Positions 28,515 through 42,933 of a stretch of 64,000 nt of DNA are shown here, piece by piece. The notes under the pieces were generated by a model. That model saw only the letters and a program-made list of their open reading frames with translations. It ran no database searches and was not told where the DNA came from. Within the stretch, counting starts at the first letter, position 1. Every line of letters begins with the position of its first letter. The DNA comes from the human T2T-CHM13v2.0 reference genome, Homo sapiens. The stretch is taken from the NCBI RefSeq assembly GCF_009914755.1, contig NC_060947.1, one strand, 5' to 3'. The position numbers and the translations under genes were made by a program.

Positions 28515-30765
28515 CTTATTCATTTGAGTTGCTTGTAGATGCTGAATATTAGCCCTCCATCGAATGAGTAGTTTGCAAATATTTTTTCCCATTCTGTAGG
28601 TGGTCAGTTTACTCTGTTGATTGTTTCCTTGCTGTGCACAAGCTTTTTAGGTTAACTAAGTCCCATTTCTCTATTTTTGTTTTTGTTGAGTTTGCTTTTG
28701 AGGACTTGATCATAAATTATTTGCCTAGGCCAATGTCCAGAGAGTGTTTTCTAGGATTTTTTTTATTATACTTTAAGTTCTAGGGTACATGTGCACAACG
28801 TGCAGGTTTGTTACATGTGTATACATGTGCCATGTTGGTGTGCTGCACCCATTAACTCGTCATTTACATTAGGTATATCTCCTAATGCTTTCCCTCCCCC
28901 TCCCCCACCCCACAACAGGCCCCAGTGTGTGATGTTCCCCTTCCTGTGTCCAAGTGTTCTCATTGTTCAATTCCCACCTGTGAGTGAGAACATGCGGTAT
29001 TTGGGTTTTTGTCCTTGCGATAGTTTACTGAGAATGATGGTTTCCAGCTTCATCCATGTCCCTGCAAACAACATGAACTCATCCTTTTTATGGCTGCATA
29101 ATATTCCATGGTGTATATGTGCCACATTTTCTTAATCCAGTCTATCATTGATAGACATTTGGGTTGGTTCCAAGTCATTGCTATTGTGAATAGTGCCGCA
29201 ATAAACATACATGTGCATGTGCCTTTATAGCAGCATGATTTATAATCCTTTGGGTATATACCCAGTAATGGGATGGCTGGGTCAAATGGTATTTCTAGTT
29301 CTAGATCCCTGAGGAATCGCCACACTGACTTCCACAATGGTTGAACTAGTTTACAGTCCCACCAACAGTGTAAAAGTGTTCCTATTTCTCCACATCCTCT
29401 CCAGCACCTGTTGTTTCCTGACTTTTTAATGATCACCATTCTAATTGGTGTGAGATGGTATCTCATTGTGGTTTTGATTTGCATTTCTCTGATGGCCAGT
29501 GATGATGAGCATTTTTTCATGTGTCTGTTGGCTGCATAAATGTCTTCTTTTGAGAAGTGTCTGTTCATATCCTTCGCCCACTATAGTTTCGGGTCTCACA
29601 TTTAGGTCTTTAATTCATCTTGAATTAGTTTTGTATATGGTAAGAGGTAGGGGTCCAGTTTCATTCTTCTGCATATGACTAGCCTATTTTCCTAGCACCA
29701 TTTATTGAATAGGGTATCCTTTTCCCAGTGTATATTTTGTTGACTTTGTCAAAGATTAGTTGGTTATAGGTATTCTGAGTTGTTTATTCTGTCCCATTGA
29801 AGTATGTGTCTATTTTGATATCAATATCATGCTATAGCCTTGTAGTATAATTTGAAGTGAGGATATGTGATGCCTCCAGATTTTTTTCTTTTTTGCTTAA
29901 CATTGCTTTGGCTATTTGGGCTGTTTTTCGTTCCATATGAATTTTGGAATTGCTTTTTCTAATTCCATGAGAAATGACATCAGTAATTTGATAAGGATTG
30001 CACTAAATCTGCAGATTGCTTTGGGCAGAATGGCCATTTTAACAATATTAATTATTTCCATCCATAAGCATGGGCTGTTTTTCCATTTGTATCATCTACG
30101 ATTTCTTTCATCAGTTTTATAGCTCTGCTTAGAGAGATATTTCACCTTCTTGGTTAAATATATTCCTAGGTATTTTATGTTTTTTATGTATTTTATGATT
30201 TGGTCCTTGGCTGGATCATTATTGGTGTACAGAAATGTTACTGATCTCTGTAGTTAATTTTGTATCCTGAAACTTTACTGAATTCATTTACCAAAATGAA
30301 GAGTTTTTTGGTGGAGTCTCTAGTGTTTTCAAGATATCAGATCCTATCATTGGTGAACAAGGATAATTTGACTTCATCTTTTCCAATTTAGATGTCTTTT
30401 TTTTTTCCTCTTGTTGATTGCTCTGGCAAGGACTTCTAGTACTATGTTGAATAACAGTGGTGAAAATGAGCATTGTTATCTTGCTCCAGTTCTTAGAGGG
30501 AATGCTTTCAACTGTTTCTGGTTAAGTATGATGTTGGCTTTGGGTTTGTCAAATATTACCTATGTTATTTTGAGGTATGTTTCTTTTATACCAGTTTGTT
30601 GAGGATTTTTATCACAAAGTGGTGCTGAATTTTATTGAATGCTTTTTCTGCATCTATTAAGATGATTATATGGTTTTTGTCTTTAAGTCTTTTTGTGTGA
30701 TTATCACATTTATTGATTTGCATATGCTGCACTATCCTTGCATCTCTGGGAGAAATCCCATCTGA
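28515..30765 (-). mobile_element. Inverted 5' segment of a twin-primed older L1 (L1PB4/L1MA1-2-like), ORF2 region
   Basis: Antisense ORF2 (minus ORF ..[19 protein letters not shown]); its left end matches the L1 position where the sense segment starts. Confidence 0.88.
28757..29581 (-). mobile_element. Young 5'-truncated L1PA 3' end nested in the older L1
   Basis: TTATTATACTTTAAGTTCTAGGGTACATGTGCAC; ORF 29050..29568- is the ORF2 C-terminus ([18 protein letters not shown]). Confidence 0.96.
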
Positions 30766-31254
30766 CCAAAACAAATAGCCCCATTAAAAAGGGGACAAAG
30801 GATATGAACAGATATTTTTCAAAAGAAGACATTCAAGTGGCCAATGAACATATGAAAAAAATGCTCAACATCACTAATCATCAGAGAAATGCAAATTAAA
30901 ATCACAATGAGAAATCTGATGGCAGTCAGAATGTCTATTATTAAAAAGTCAAAAAACGACAGATGTTTGTGAGGATGTGGATAAGGAGGAATGCTTATAC
31001 ACTGTTGGTGGGAATGTAAATTAGTGCAACCTTTATGGAAAAGAGTATAGAAATTTCTCAAAGAACTAAAAACAGAGTCATCATTCAATTCAGCAATCCC
31101 ACTACTGGGTACCTATCCAAAGGGAAAGAAATCATTATATCAGAAAGATACCTGCACTAGTATGTTTTTCACAGCACTATTCACAATAGCAAAGACATTG
31201 AATCAACCTAAGTCCATCAATGGATGATTAGATAAATATTAGATAAATATTATG

Positions 31255-31289
<35 letters not shown>

Positions 31290-31646
31290 TGGAATACTAC
31301 TCAGCCATAAAAAGAATGAAGTCATGTCTTTTGCAGCAACATGGATGAAACTGGTGGCCATTATCCTAACTGAAATAATTCAGAAAGTCAAATACTGCAT
31401 GTCCTCGCTTATAAGTGGGAGCTAAACAATGGGTACACATGGACATGCAGAGTGGAATAATAGAACACTGGAGCCTACAAGAGGTGGGAGGATGGGACCG
31501 GGGTGAGAGTTGAAAAATTACCTATTGGACACAGTGTTCATTATTCAGGTGATGGGTACACTGAAATCCAGACTTCACCACTACATAATACATGCATGTA
31601 AAAAATCTGTACTTGTACCCTCTAAATATATATAAAACTTAAAAAA
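30766..31646 (+). mobile_element. Sense 3' segment of the older twin-primed L1, with an internal (CA)n at about 31257-31287
   Basis: AAACAAATAGCCCCATTAAAAAG..; 3' end CAGACTTCACCACTAC..TACTTGTACCCTCTAAAT. Confidence 0.9.
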
Positions 31647-31988
31647 CTTAGAATTCAATTAAAAAATGTAACTGGCTCTACATACACACACACACACACA
31701 CAGAGCATGTGTGTATATATATGTACATAGTTTATTATAAATTTTACTGATATAAAAGATACACAATTTACCAAAAATAAATAATATACAGTATTCTTTA
31801 TCATAAGTTCCATATAGCCAATTGAATTGTACAGAATGCTTTGATTTTTGCTGAACTGTTGTATCCATATGCAACCTCTAATTGCAATTCAGCCATTATT
31901 TGACAAATGAAGTTGAATTACAATTTGGTAACTCTTTCTTCAATATATGTATTGTGATTGAATCTGAATCACAATACACTCTTGTAAA

Positions 31989-33230
31989 AAAAATTATTAG
32001 GACACAAAAAATGTGAACCATGTAAAAACGTACAATGAATTGCCTCAAAACTAAACTTTATGCTCTTTAAAAATACACTGTTAAAAAATGTCAAGGAAAG
32101 TTAAAGATGAAAATATTCACACTGCATATATCTAATGAAGGAATTATATCCAGAATATATAAAGACTTAAAATTTGATTACAAAAAGATAAACAATCTAC
32201 TTAAAATGGATAAAAATATTCAAACATTTTGCAAAAAAAGTTGTATAAATGGTCAATAAGCAAATGAAAGATATTCAAAATCACTGGGCATCAAGTAAAT
32301 GCAAATTAAAACAGCAGAGTCATAGCACTACACACTCATTAAGATAGGTAAAACTGAAAAATACTGACAGTACTTGGTGTTGGTGAAGATGTGGAGCAAC
32401 TAGAATGCAAATACATTGCTTGTCACATTGGAGAAGGGTACAACAACCACTTTGAAAATAGTCACTAAGACCAGGAGCAGTGGCTCATGCCTGTAATCCC
32501 AGAACTTTGGGAGGCCAAGGAGGGCAGATCACATGGGTCAGGAGTTTGAGACCAGCCTGGCCAACATGGCAAAACCCCTTCTCCACTAAAAATACAAAAA
32601 TTAGCCAGGCATGGTGGTGCACGCCTGTAATCCCAGCTACTTGGGAGGCTGAGGCAGGAGAATCACATGAATCTGGGACGCAGAGGTTGCAGTGCACCAC
32701 TGCACTCCAGCCTGGGTGACAAAGCAAGACTCTGTCTCAAAGAAGAGAAAAGAAAAGAATAGAAAAGAAAAGAAAAGAAAAGAATCACTATTAAGTGATT
32801 TACTCAAGAGAAAGGAAAGCATATGTCCATTAAAAATTTGAACTTAAACATTTATAGCAGTTTTATTGAACTATCAGCAAACTAAGTGTCCATCAAAGGG
32901 TGAGTAAATAAAACAAGTTATAGTATATACATACAATGGAATATTGTTTAGCACTAAAAAAGAAATTAACTTACAACACACATAGTGACATGGGTGAATC
33001 TTTGGAAGTTTATGGTGATCAAGATAGCCAGACACAAAATTATACATATTTTATGAATCCATTTATATGTAGCTCCAGGAAATGCAAATTTAATCTATAG
33101 TGATAGCAATTATCTAGAGCTGGTATGGGTAGAAGGGAAGGGTACTAACTGGGAAGGGGAATGAAAGAGTTTTCTGTTGTGTTGGAAATTATCTATTTGT
33201 TGGTTATGGTACTCATTACATAACTGTTAC
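31989..33230 (+). mobile_element. Ancient L1M host resumes (ORF2 end and 3' UTR), interrupted by an Alu
   Basis: TTAGGACACAAAAA..; AAATGCAAATTAAAAC; GAAGATGTGGAGCAACTAGAA; ATACAATGGAATAT. Confidence 0.78.
32469..32781 (+). mobile_element. AluS-like with (GAAAA)n tail
   Basis: Full dimer with a small right-arm deletion; tail at 32738-32781. Confidence 0.95.
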
Positions 33231-33231
33231 A

Positions 33232-33627
33232 TGTTAAGTTTTTCAGAAGAAGATGCTGAATTGGGGGCATAAGTTGTTTATTAGGGATCAAAACCTGTGA
33301 AGGAAGAGAGAGAAAGCCATATTAGGGAGTGGAAGTTGTTGAACTATGACACAGGAACAGTAAAACCTCTGTCAATCTGAAGTATTGCCAATAAGAGTGT
33401 CCCACATCAGGCAGAAATACCTGAGCCTTTATATTCTGGCTTTGCTAGGTCACTGGGTATGGCCTGCCTTAGGAAGTTTGTGACCTGGAACATGTTGCTT
33501 CTCTGTATTTGAGAAAGAACCTGAAGAAGCTGACAGTGGATGTAATCTGCTGACTGCATTCCCCACAGTTGGTGGTGGGGATTGATGTGTTGGTGGGGGG
33601 ATGTGCACATGGCTGTGTTTTCAGCAA
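33232..33627 (-). mobile_element. LTR16-like (ERVL) solo LTR
   Basis: TGTTTATTAGGGATCAAAACCTGTGAAGGAAG..AGAGTGTCCC..GCCTTTATA..TCTGCTGACTGCATTCCCCACAG. Confidence 0.7.
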
Positions 33628-33653
33628 TGTGTGTATATATTTATCAAAAATAA

Positions 33654-33966
<313 letters not shown>

Positions 33967-34559
33967 TAAAGCTGATTTTGCAAAAGAATGTTAAACAGAT
34001 TAGATAGTAAGCATGTATAACAGTCTCGGTACACATTTTATGTACAAAATCTTAATTATGTCTAATCTAGCAGCTTAAAAAAATTGACAAAAATAAAATA
34101 TTGGACCAAAATGGCATGTAAGTTGTCATTGTTGTTGGCAAAAATGGAAATATGGTTGATAAGAATTAAAATGTATTAAGATCCGTGTACTGTTTGGGAG
34201 GGAGATTAAGGTACTGTTTTTAACTTTAGGTTGTGTTATGAAACAACATTTTAATGATAACCACCTAAAAATATTATTTGGTGTAAAATTCCAAACTGTT
34301 ACAGGAAAAAAGGATGGAATGTGAAAAAAGCAATAATTGTACTATAATTTAATCAGGGGAGAGAGACAATGAGAGAGAAGTATTAAAAATTTCAAATAGA
34401 AATAAAGCAGTGAGATGATAGAGACAATTATAAACATATAACAAATCTGATAAAGTAAACCCTTCCCAGAAGAATTGAAATAATAAGCTGTCAAAAGATA
34501 TACTAGGAAAAAAATATGTATCAGACAAAATAGTAGACAAAACGGAAGCTATGATCGCA

Positions 34560-37200
34560 ATATTACTAGGAAAATTTTACAATGAATTATTAGAGATAAA
34601 CAGGGTCACCACAGAATAAAAGGCTAAAATTGCTAGAAATATGTAGCAATTCTAAACTTATTTGCATATATACATAGCCTCAAAAAGGCAGTAATAGAAA
34701 AAGAGAAACAAAATGTCATAAGTCGTATAGAAAACAAGTAGCAAAATGGCAGACACAAATCCTACCTTATTAGTAATTATGTTAAGTGCAAAAAGACTAC
34801 TCCAAACAACATATAGAAATTCACAGATTGGATAAATAAAACATGATCTGACAATATGCTATCTACAAGAAATACTTTAAATTCAAAGACACAAATATGT
34901 CAAAAGTAGAAGCGTAGATTGATGACTTAAATATAAGAGCTAAAATTATAAAACTCATTGATGAAAACACAGAAGTAAATCATTGTGACCTGGGTTAGGC
35001 AATAGTTTCTTAGATGCAGCACCAAAAGCACAATGTCAAAAGAAAGAAATAGTTAAATTGGACTTCATCAAAATTAAAAACTTATTGCTTCAAATAATAC
35101 CATCAATAAAGTAAAGGCAAACGCAGAATGAGAGAAAATATTTACAAATCATATATCTGATAAGACGTGTGTTCAGAATATGTAAACATTTCTTATAACT
35201 AAACATTAAAAGGAAATAAATCAGCTTAAAAATGGACCAAGGAACTGAACAGACATTTCTTCAAAGAAAATATTCAAACAACCAATAAGTACGTGAAAGG
35301 ATTCTCAACATCTCTAATAATTAGAGAAATACAAGTCAAAACCACAATGAGAGCCAACCTAATACCCAATAGATGGCAATGTTAATAATAATAACAAAAG
35401 ACAATAACAAGTGTTAGCAAGGATGTGGAGAAATTGGAATCCTCTTAAATTGCTGGGGAGAATGTAAAATGATGCAGCTGCTTTGGAAAACACTCTGGAA
35501 ACTCCTCAAATGGCTAAATGTAGAGTTAGCGTATGATCCAGCAATCTCACTTCTAATTATATACACAAGAGAAATGAAATCATCTGCTCACACAAATATT
35601 TTTACACAAATGTTTCATAGCAGCATTATTCATAATAGCCATAAAATGGAAACAACCAAAATATCCATGAATTGATGAGTTGATAAACATAATGTTGTAT
35701 ATCCACCCAGTGGAATATTATATAGGCATCAAAAGGAATGGAGAACTGAACTGATACATGCTGCAACATGGATAAACTTGAAAAAAAATTATAACAAGTT
35801 AAAGAAGCCAGTCATGAAAGACTACATATTGTATCATGCCATTTATACGTGATGTTGAGAATAACCAAATTCATACAGAATGAAACTAAATTAGCATTTG
35901 CTAGGGACTGGGAAATGGATCCAATGGGCAATGACTGCTAATGGGCACAGAGTTGCTTTTTGGAATAACAAGAATGTTCTAAAATTAGGTAGTGGCAATA
36001 GTTGCACAACTCAGTAAATATTCTATAAACCATTGAATTAATAGAGGGAATTATATATTTTCTGATTTATATCTCAAAAGGAGTTATGTTAAAAAGGATT
36101 TGAATAAGCTTTCCATAAATTTTTTTTTTTAATTAAGCACCCTTTTGTGACACAGAATTTCAGCAATCTAGGAATAGAAGGGAACTTCCAAAAGTTATTT
36201 GAGATCCCTAGCAAAAATCTACAGCAAACATTTCTTTTTTTATGGGAGAGAAAGTTAGAAAAATTCAGATTAAAATAAGAAACAAGGTAAGGCTGACTAT
36301 TATCACCACCCCTGGTCACCTTTGTATTCCAGTTTCTAGCCCATGCAGTAAGATAAGAAATTATAATTAAAGACAGATGAATGAAGAAAATGGAAACAAA
36401 AGCACTCTTGTTAGCAATTGATATAATTTTCTACACAGAAAACCTAAAGGAATGCACAAATTATTACATATATAAATAGTGTTTGCAATATGGCTAACTA
36501 TATGAGCAATGTACATAACCTAATTTCATTTGTATCTACCAGCAATAAACATTTTGAAAATATAAGTTGAACAAAATATACCACTTACCATATCAAGAAT
36601 ATCAAGTACCTAGGTGTAAATATATAAAAAATGTGCAAAACACCTATGGAGAAAATTGTAAATGTTTTTCTGAAGACATTAAAGAAATAATGGAGAATTA
36701 ATGGAGAGATATTTTCTCTTCATGTATATGAAGGCTTAACATTTTACATATGTCAATTATCTCCAAAAATGTCTATAGATTCTATGCAATTCTGATAAAA
36801 ACTCCCAAAACCATATTCTAATAAGCCAATTCAAAATTTATATGTAAGAGCAATAGGCCAAAAACAGACAAGACACTTGTGAAAAAAAAGGTCAAAGGAA
36901 TCTGCCCTACTTGCTTCGAAATTTATTTTAAATCTAGACCAATTAAGCCAGTGTCTTTTATTAAATGAAGGGACAAATAAAATAACCAATGTAAAGTAAT
37001 AGAGAACCCAGAAACAGAAATGTGCATATAGAATCTTAGTATGTAACAGAAGCATTGAAATCTCTGTGTAAGGAAAGTTTAGTTGTTCAATAAATGGAAC
37101 TGGAACAATTGGTTATGTATATGGAAAGTGAAATAAAACCATCGTTTCACACCCTACAGCTAAATAAAACCAAATGGATTAAGGACTAAAGTGTGAAGCT
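34560..37200 (+). mobile_element. Mosaic of old L1M fragments (L1MB-like about 34917-36080)
   Basis: GGACTTCATCAAAATTAAAAACTT; GCAAGGATGTGGAGAAATTGGAA; GAATGTTCTAAAATTAG..GTTGCACAACTC; degenerate ORF2 motifs to 37200. Confidence 0.8.
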
Positions 37201-37204
37201 ACCC

Positions 37205-38992
37205 AAATTGAATCAAGAACACAATCTCATTTATAATAGCCACCCCCCCCAAAAAAAAAAAAACCTAGGAATACATCTAACCAAGAGGTGAAAGATCTCT
37301 ACAAGGAGAACCACAAAACACTGATGAAAAAAATCATAGAGGACAAAAACAAATGGAAAAACATTCCATGCTCATGGACTGGAAGAATCAATATAGTTAA
37401 AATGGCCATACTGCCCAAAGCGATATACAGACTGAACGCTATTCCTATCAGACTACAAATTTTTCCCAGAAATAGAAAAAACTATTCTAACATTTATAGG
37501 GAACCAAAAAAGTGCCCAAACAGCCAAAGCAATCCTAAGCAAAAAGAACAAAGCCAAAGGCATCACACTACCTGACTTCAAACTATGTTACAAGGCTACA
37601 ATAACCAGAACAACATGGTACTGGTACAAAAATAGACACAGTAGACCAATGGAACAAGATGGCGAACCCAGAAATAATGCTGAACACCTACAACCATCTG
37701 ATTTTCAAAGGTCAAAAAACACAAACAATCAGGAAAGACTCTCTGTTCAATACATGGTGCTGGGATAACTGGCTAGCCATATGCAGAAGAACGTAACTAG
37801 GCCGCTAACTTTCACCATATACAAAAATTAACTCAGATGGATTAAAGGCTTAAATGGAAGACCTAGAACTAGAAATATTCTAGAAGAAAACATAAGAAAC
37901 ACCATTCTGTCCATTGGCATTGGCAAAGAATTTGTGACTAAGTCCTCAAAAACAATTGCAACAAAACCAAATATTGATAAGTGGGACCTAATTAAACTGA
38001 AGAGTTTCCGCACAGCAAAAGAAACTATTAACAGAGTAAACAGACAACCTACAGAATGGGAGAAAATATTCACAAACTATACACCTGACAAAGGTCTAAT
38101 ATGCAGAATCTATAAGGAATTTAAACAAATCAGCAAGCAAAAAACAACTCCATTAAAAAGAAGGCAAAGGACATGAAAACTCAAAGAAAGGTATATGTGC
38201 AGGTAACATACATATGAAAAAAAATGCTCAACATCACTAATCATTAGAGAACTGCAAATCAAAACCATAATGGGATACTATCTGTCACTAGTCAGAATGA
38301 CTATAATTAATAAGTCAAGAAACAAAAGATATTGGTGAAGTTGTGGAGAAAACGGAACACTTATACACTGTTGGTGGAAATATAAATTAGTTCAGCCACT
38401 GTGGAAAGCCGTTTGGAGATTTCTCAAAGAACTTAAAACAGAACTACCATCCAACCCAACAATCCCATTACTGGATACATAACAAAGGAAAACAAATTCT
38501 TCTACCCAAAAGACTTACGCATTTGTATGTTCATCACAGCACTATTCACAATAGCAAAGACACAGAATCAACCTAGATGCCCATCAGTGGTGGACTGGAT
38601 AAAGAAAATGTGGTATCTATACACCATGGGATACTATACAGCCATATAAAAGAATGAAATCATGTCCTTTGCAGTAACATGGATGCAGCTGGAGGTGATT
38701 TTCCTAACAAATTAATGCAGGAGCAGAAAACCAAATACAGCATTTTCTGACTTATAAGTGGGAGCTTAAACATTGAGTACACAAGGATATAAAGATGGCA
38801 ACAACAGACACTGAAGACTACTAGAGGGAGAAAGGAAGGATGGGATGACCGTTGAAAAACTAGTTGGTACTGTGCTTACTATCTGGCTGAAGGGATTATT
38901 CATACCCCAAACCTGAGCATCACACAATTTATTCATGTAACAAGCTTGCACGTGTACCACCGACCTTAAAGTAAAAGTTGAAATTTTTAAAA
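37205..38992 (+). mobile_element. 5'-truncated older primate L1 (L1PA15-16/L1PB-like)
   Basis: ORFs [30 protein letters not shown] and [11 protein letters not shown]; 3' end CCCCAAACCTGAGCATCACACAAT..AAAAGTTGAAA. Confidence 0.92.
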
Positions 38993-38999
38993 AGGATAA

Positions 39000-40620
39000 A
39001 ATTAAATGGTCTTTATTTGCAAGTCATATTATTTCTTACACAGAAAACAAAAAAGAATCTATGTAAAATTATTACAAATTATAATATGGTTTATCAATAT
39101 GGCTCACAATATGATCCACAGAAAAATGTAATTGCATTTATATATTCTAGCAACACACAAAAAGCATAGCTTTTTGTTAAAAGATAACATTTCTTATAGC
39201 TAGAAAACTATTAAGGTACTTGAGAATGAATATAATAAAACATGTGCAAGACATCCGTGGAGAAATTTATGAACCTTCATTAAAGACATTAAAGAAGGCC
39301 TAAATAAATGAAAAGATATTACATGTCTATGAATTTCATATTCATCTTCTAACACTTTTAGAAGGAGCTATAAGAGAATGTCTTTGTGACCTTGGGCTAG
39401 CTTAGACTCAAGACAAAAAAAGCATAAATCATAAAAAACAAAGTTTGATAAATTTGACTACATTTAAAATTAAGAACTGTGGTTTATAAAAATGTAGCAA
39501 AAAGAAAGTGACAATGCAAACCATAAACAGAGAAAGGATATTTGAAATACATAGAGCAGACAAAGTTTTAGTGTCCTAAATATCATATGTATTTCTACAA
39601 ATCAATGTGAAAATCAAAATGAGCTAGTGGGAAGGAGAGAGAGAAGAAAGACAAAACAGGCATTTCATGCAGAAACATGAATGCCAATTTAAAAATACAA
39701 AAATTTTCTCAATCTCATTAATAATCCAGAAGATGAAAATTGAGAACACAATGAGGTACCACTTTATACTCATTTGATTGACAGTGATTAAATTGTCTGA
39801 CAATACTAAGTATTGGAGAGAATGTGGATCAATAGGAATTCTTGTACAGTAATGTTGATCATATCAATCAGCACAGCACAATTTCTTTGAAGATGAATTT
39901 GGCTTTATCGTTAGAGTGAAGATTCGCATAATCTACCCAGAAATTCTATTCCTAGGTTTATACCCTAGAGCAGCAAATTCCAATAGGAATGTGATATGAT
40001 TCCTAAATGCAGGCCTAATATGTAATTTTGAACATTCTTGAAGTAATATAAAGTACAAAGAAAAAAGGTGATATTCATTTTTATATTTAATTTAACCAAT
40101 ATATCCAGTACATTATGATTTCAACATGTAATCAATATCAAAATTATCCATGAGATATTTTACATTACCTTTTCATGGTAAGTCTTTAAAATCCAGTGTG
40201 TATTTTACATTTATAGCACATCTCAGTTCTTACCTGCCCATTTCAAATGCTCAATAGTGACATGTAGCTACTGCCTACCATATTGGACAGTGAGCCCCAG
40301 AAAAATTCTTGTTCATGTGCATCAAGAAACATGTGCAAAATTGTTTATGGTAGCACTGATTGTAGTAACCAAAATAAGAAATAATCTATATGTCCATCAA
40401 TAGTGGTATAAATAATAAATGCAATAGGATACTATGCAGCAGTAAAAACACATGGACTAAGGTTATACAATAACATGGATAAATATTAGAAATCATGAGT
40501 GAAAATACAATTCTAAGAATATATGTAGAATGATAGCATTTTAATAAAGTTCAATATAAGCAATTCCAGGCAATATAATCTTTAGGGAAACAAACATATG
40601 TGACAAAACTATTTTTTGAA
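39000..40620 (+). mobile_element. Old L1M fragments
   Basis: TTTGATAAATTTGACTACATTTAAAATTAAGAAC; ACAATACTAAGTATTGGAGAGAATGTGGA; TGTCCATCAATAG. Confidence 0.75.
39971..40294. mobile_element. MER33-like (hAT-Charlie) DNA transposon nested in L1M
   Basis: ATTTCAACATGTAATCAATAT..TATTTTACA..ATTTCAAATGCTCAATAG..CCATATTGGACAG; 8-bp TSD-like CCCTAGAG/CCCCAGAA. Confidence 0.82.
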
Positions 40621-42344
40621 AGGAAGGCAGGTTTAAAAAATAAGGATGGCTGCCTTATTTTGAATCTCTCCCATACCCACCTTTCAAAAACTCTTAAAAT
40701 CACCAAGAAATATATATATAAGCATACATGATGCATGCATTCAGCATTTCTAAGAAACAGCAAACACTCCAACCTTAAAGTGACCCTCAAGGATAAAAAG
40801 AGAACTAATTCCAACACACCTCTTGCTGTCCACTTACTGTTGCAAGCTTGTGGATGCAGAAAATGGGACTGGGGAGGTTTAAGAGGCACCTTCAAAAAGT
40901 GTTGATGTGATCAGAGGACTTAGATGAGGCACAAATAAAAGTCACCCCTAGAATGTGAGCATTCAACATTGACAAAATATTGAACACAGGTTGGGATTTG
41001 GCAGTTCAAAGCACCGATTGCAAGAAAAGGGCTTGAATGTGTGTGGGACCAGAAGGGGCAGCCTCACATGCTCCTGTGGGAGAACTAGATATATAGAGAA
41101 GTGTCAGTACCCTTTAGAGATGAGGCTGTGTAGCAAAAGATGGAAATAAGAAGAAAATAAGGGAAAAAAGACTCACTCCCTTGCACCAACACCACCATTG
41201 ATAAAAGAAACTTCATAGTAGAGGGAAGAACTGACAGAAGAGCATTCTTTAACTAGGAATCCTGTCCATAAATTTAATAGAAATAGAAAAAAGACTGACC
41301 ATGTCCATAAAAAACTACTGTAAGAAACAAGAATATAATAATCCAAGGATTTCTGATGGTAAAAATTATTCCCCCAAAAACATGAAGTGAAATAAAATTG
41401 AAAATACTTTGAAGTAAATTATATGTCTATGTTTCTTTCTCTTCAAAAAAGCTTTCAGAGATATGAAAAAACGACATCATTGAGAAATACAAAACCAAAG
41501 AACATAAATGGACCAAAAAAACCTAGCAAGAAATGAAATGAGTTCAGCTCAGGAAAAATGATGAAAAAATAATAATCCTACAATAATAAAGACTAAATTA
41601 CAGAGTCCTTAATGAAATATCAGTCCAAATGAAAATGGAATAAAAGTCCCATAAGAACATATAACAAAGAAATATTAAGTAGAACAGGAAGTAGTAGAAT
41701 GGGACAGGTAACTGGCACTTACTCTGATGTGTGAAAGTTGGGAAGGAGTTAGACAAAAGAGTAGCAGGTATCATTAAGGATCATCACAAGCCCTATTGTA
41801 GGATGGAGCACAACTTTGTGAATAAACTCTGATAATAAGATGAGGAATAGTAAGACATGAGCCTGGAGTGTATGGTAAAAGCCAAACCATAAAAGTTTGG
41901 AAACCACATTATAGACTTTGGTCTTTATGTTAGGAGCAATGTAAAGTCACTGAAGTATTTTTCTTTTTTAAAGAAATGGGCAATACGATCAGATTTGTTT
42001 TTGAAAAAAAGACTCTGGCTGCAGTTCAGAGCCTGTATTACAGGGGAATCAGAGAAGATTCAGGGCAACAGATAGGGGGATTTGTCTAGTACTTTAAGTA
42101 AGATCAGTCTAGGGTGATAGCAGAAGACATGAAGACAATTTGATAGATTTTAGTGATATTTAAATAGTGAAATTAACTGAAATTTGTAATATATTCAATA
42201 TAGGGGAGTTGAAAGACAAGGAAGAGTCAAGGATGATACTTAAGATTTTTGGCTTGAGGAATTGAGTAGATGGGGTACCATTCAATAACATTGGACACTG
42301 AAAGAGGTTTAGATGTGTGGAGATGAGAAGTTAAAGGGTCTTCA

Positions 42345-42519
<175 letters not shown>

Positions 42520-42883
42520 GGAAGATATCAAATTTGATATATCAAGCAGATCTTACAGGTGACGTGTAGGCTAGAGATTTCATTGGGAAGTCATTGACAT
42601 TTAGATGTAATGGAAGCTATGAATGTGAATTAGATCACCTAGGGAGTGAGTATGGGAAGTATAGGAGGAGTTATACTAGGGCAGAACCTTGAAGAACTCC
42701 AAGATTGAAGCCCAGAAAGAAGAGAATGGATCTGCAAAAACTTTGAAGCATGGACCAGAGAGATAGAAGGAAAAACAGTAGAATGTGGTTTTACAAAAGT
42801 CAAGGGAGAAGTTTTCTAGATGGAGGAAAGATTAACAGGGTCAAGTGCTGCTGAGAGGTCAAATAGGATAAGGATCATAAAGT

Positions 42884-42933
42884 GTCCCCTTCAGTTGGTA
42901 ACAAGGAGGTCCCCTTGAGTTGGTAACAAGGAG
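42884..42933. repeat. 25-bp tandem duplication within L2
   Basis: GTCCCCTTCAGTTGGTAACAAGGAG followed by GTCCCCTTGAGTTGGTAACAAGGAG. Confidence 0.95.
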
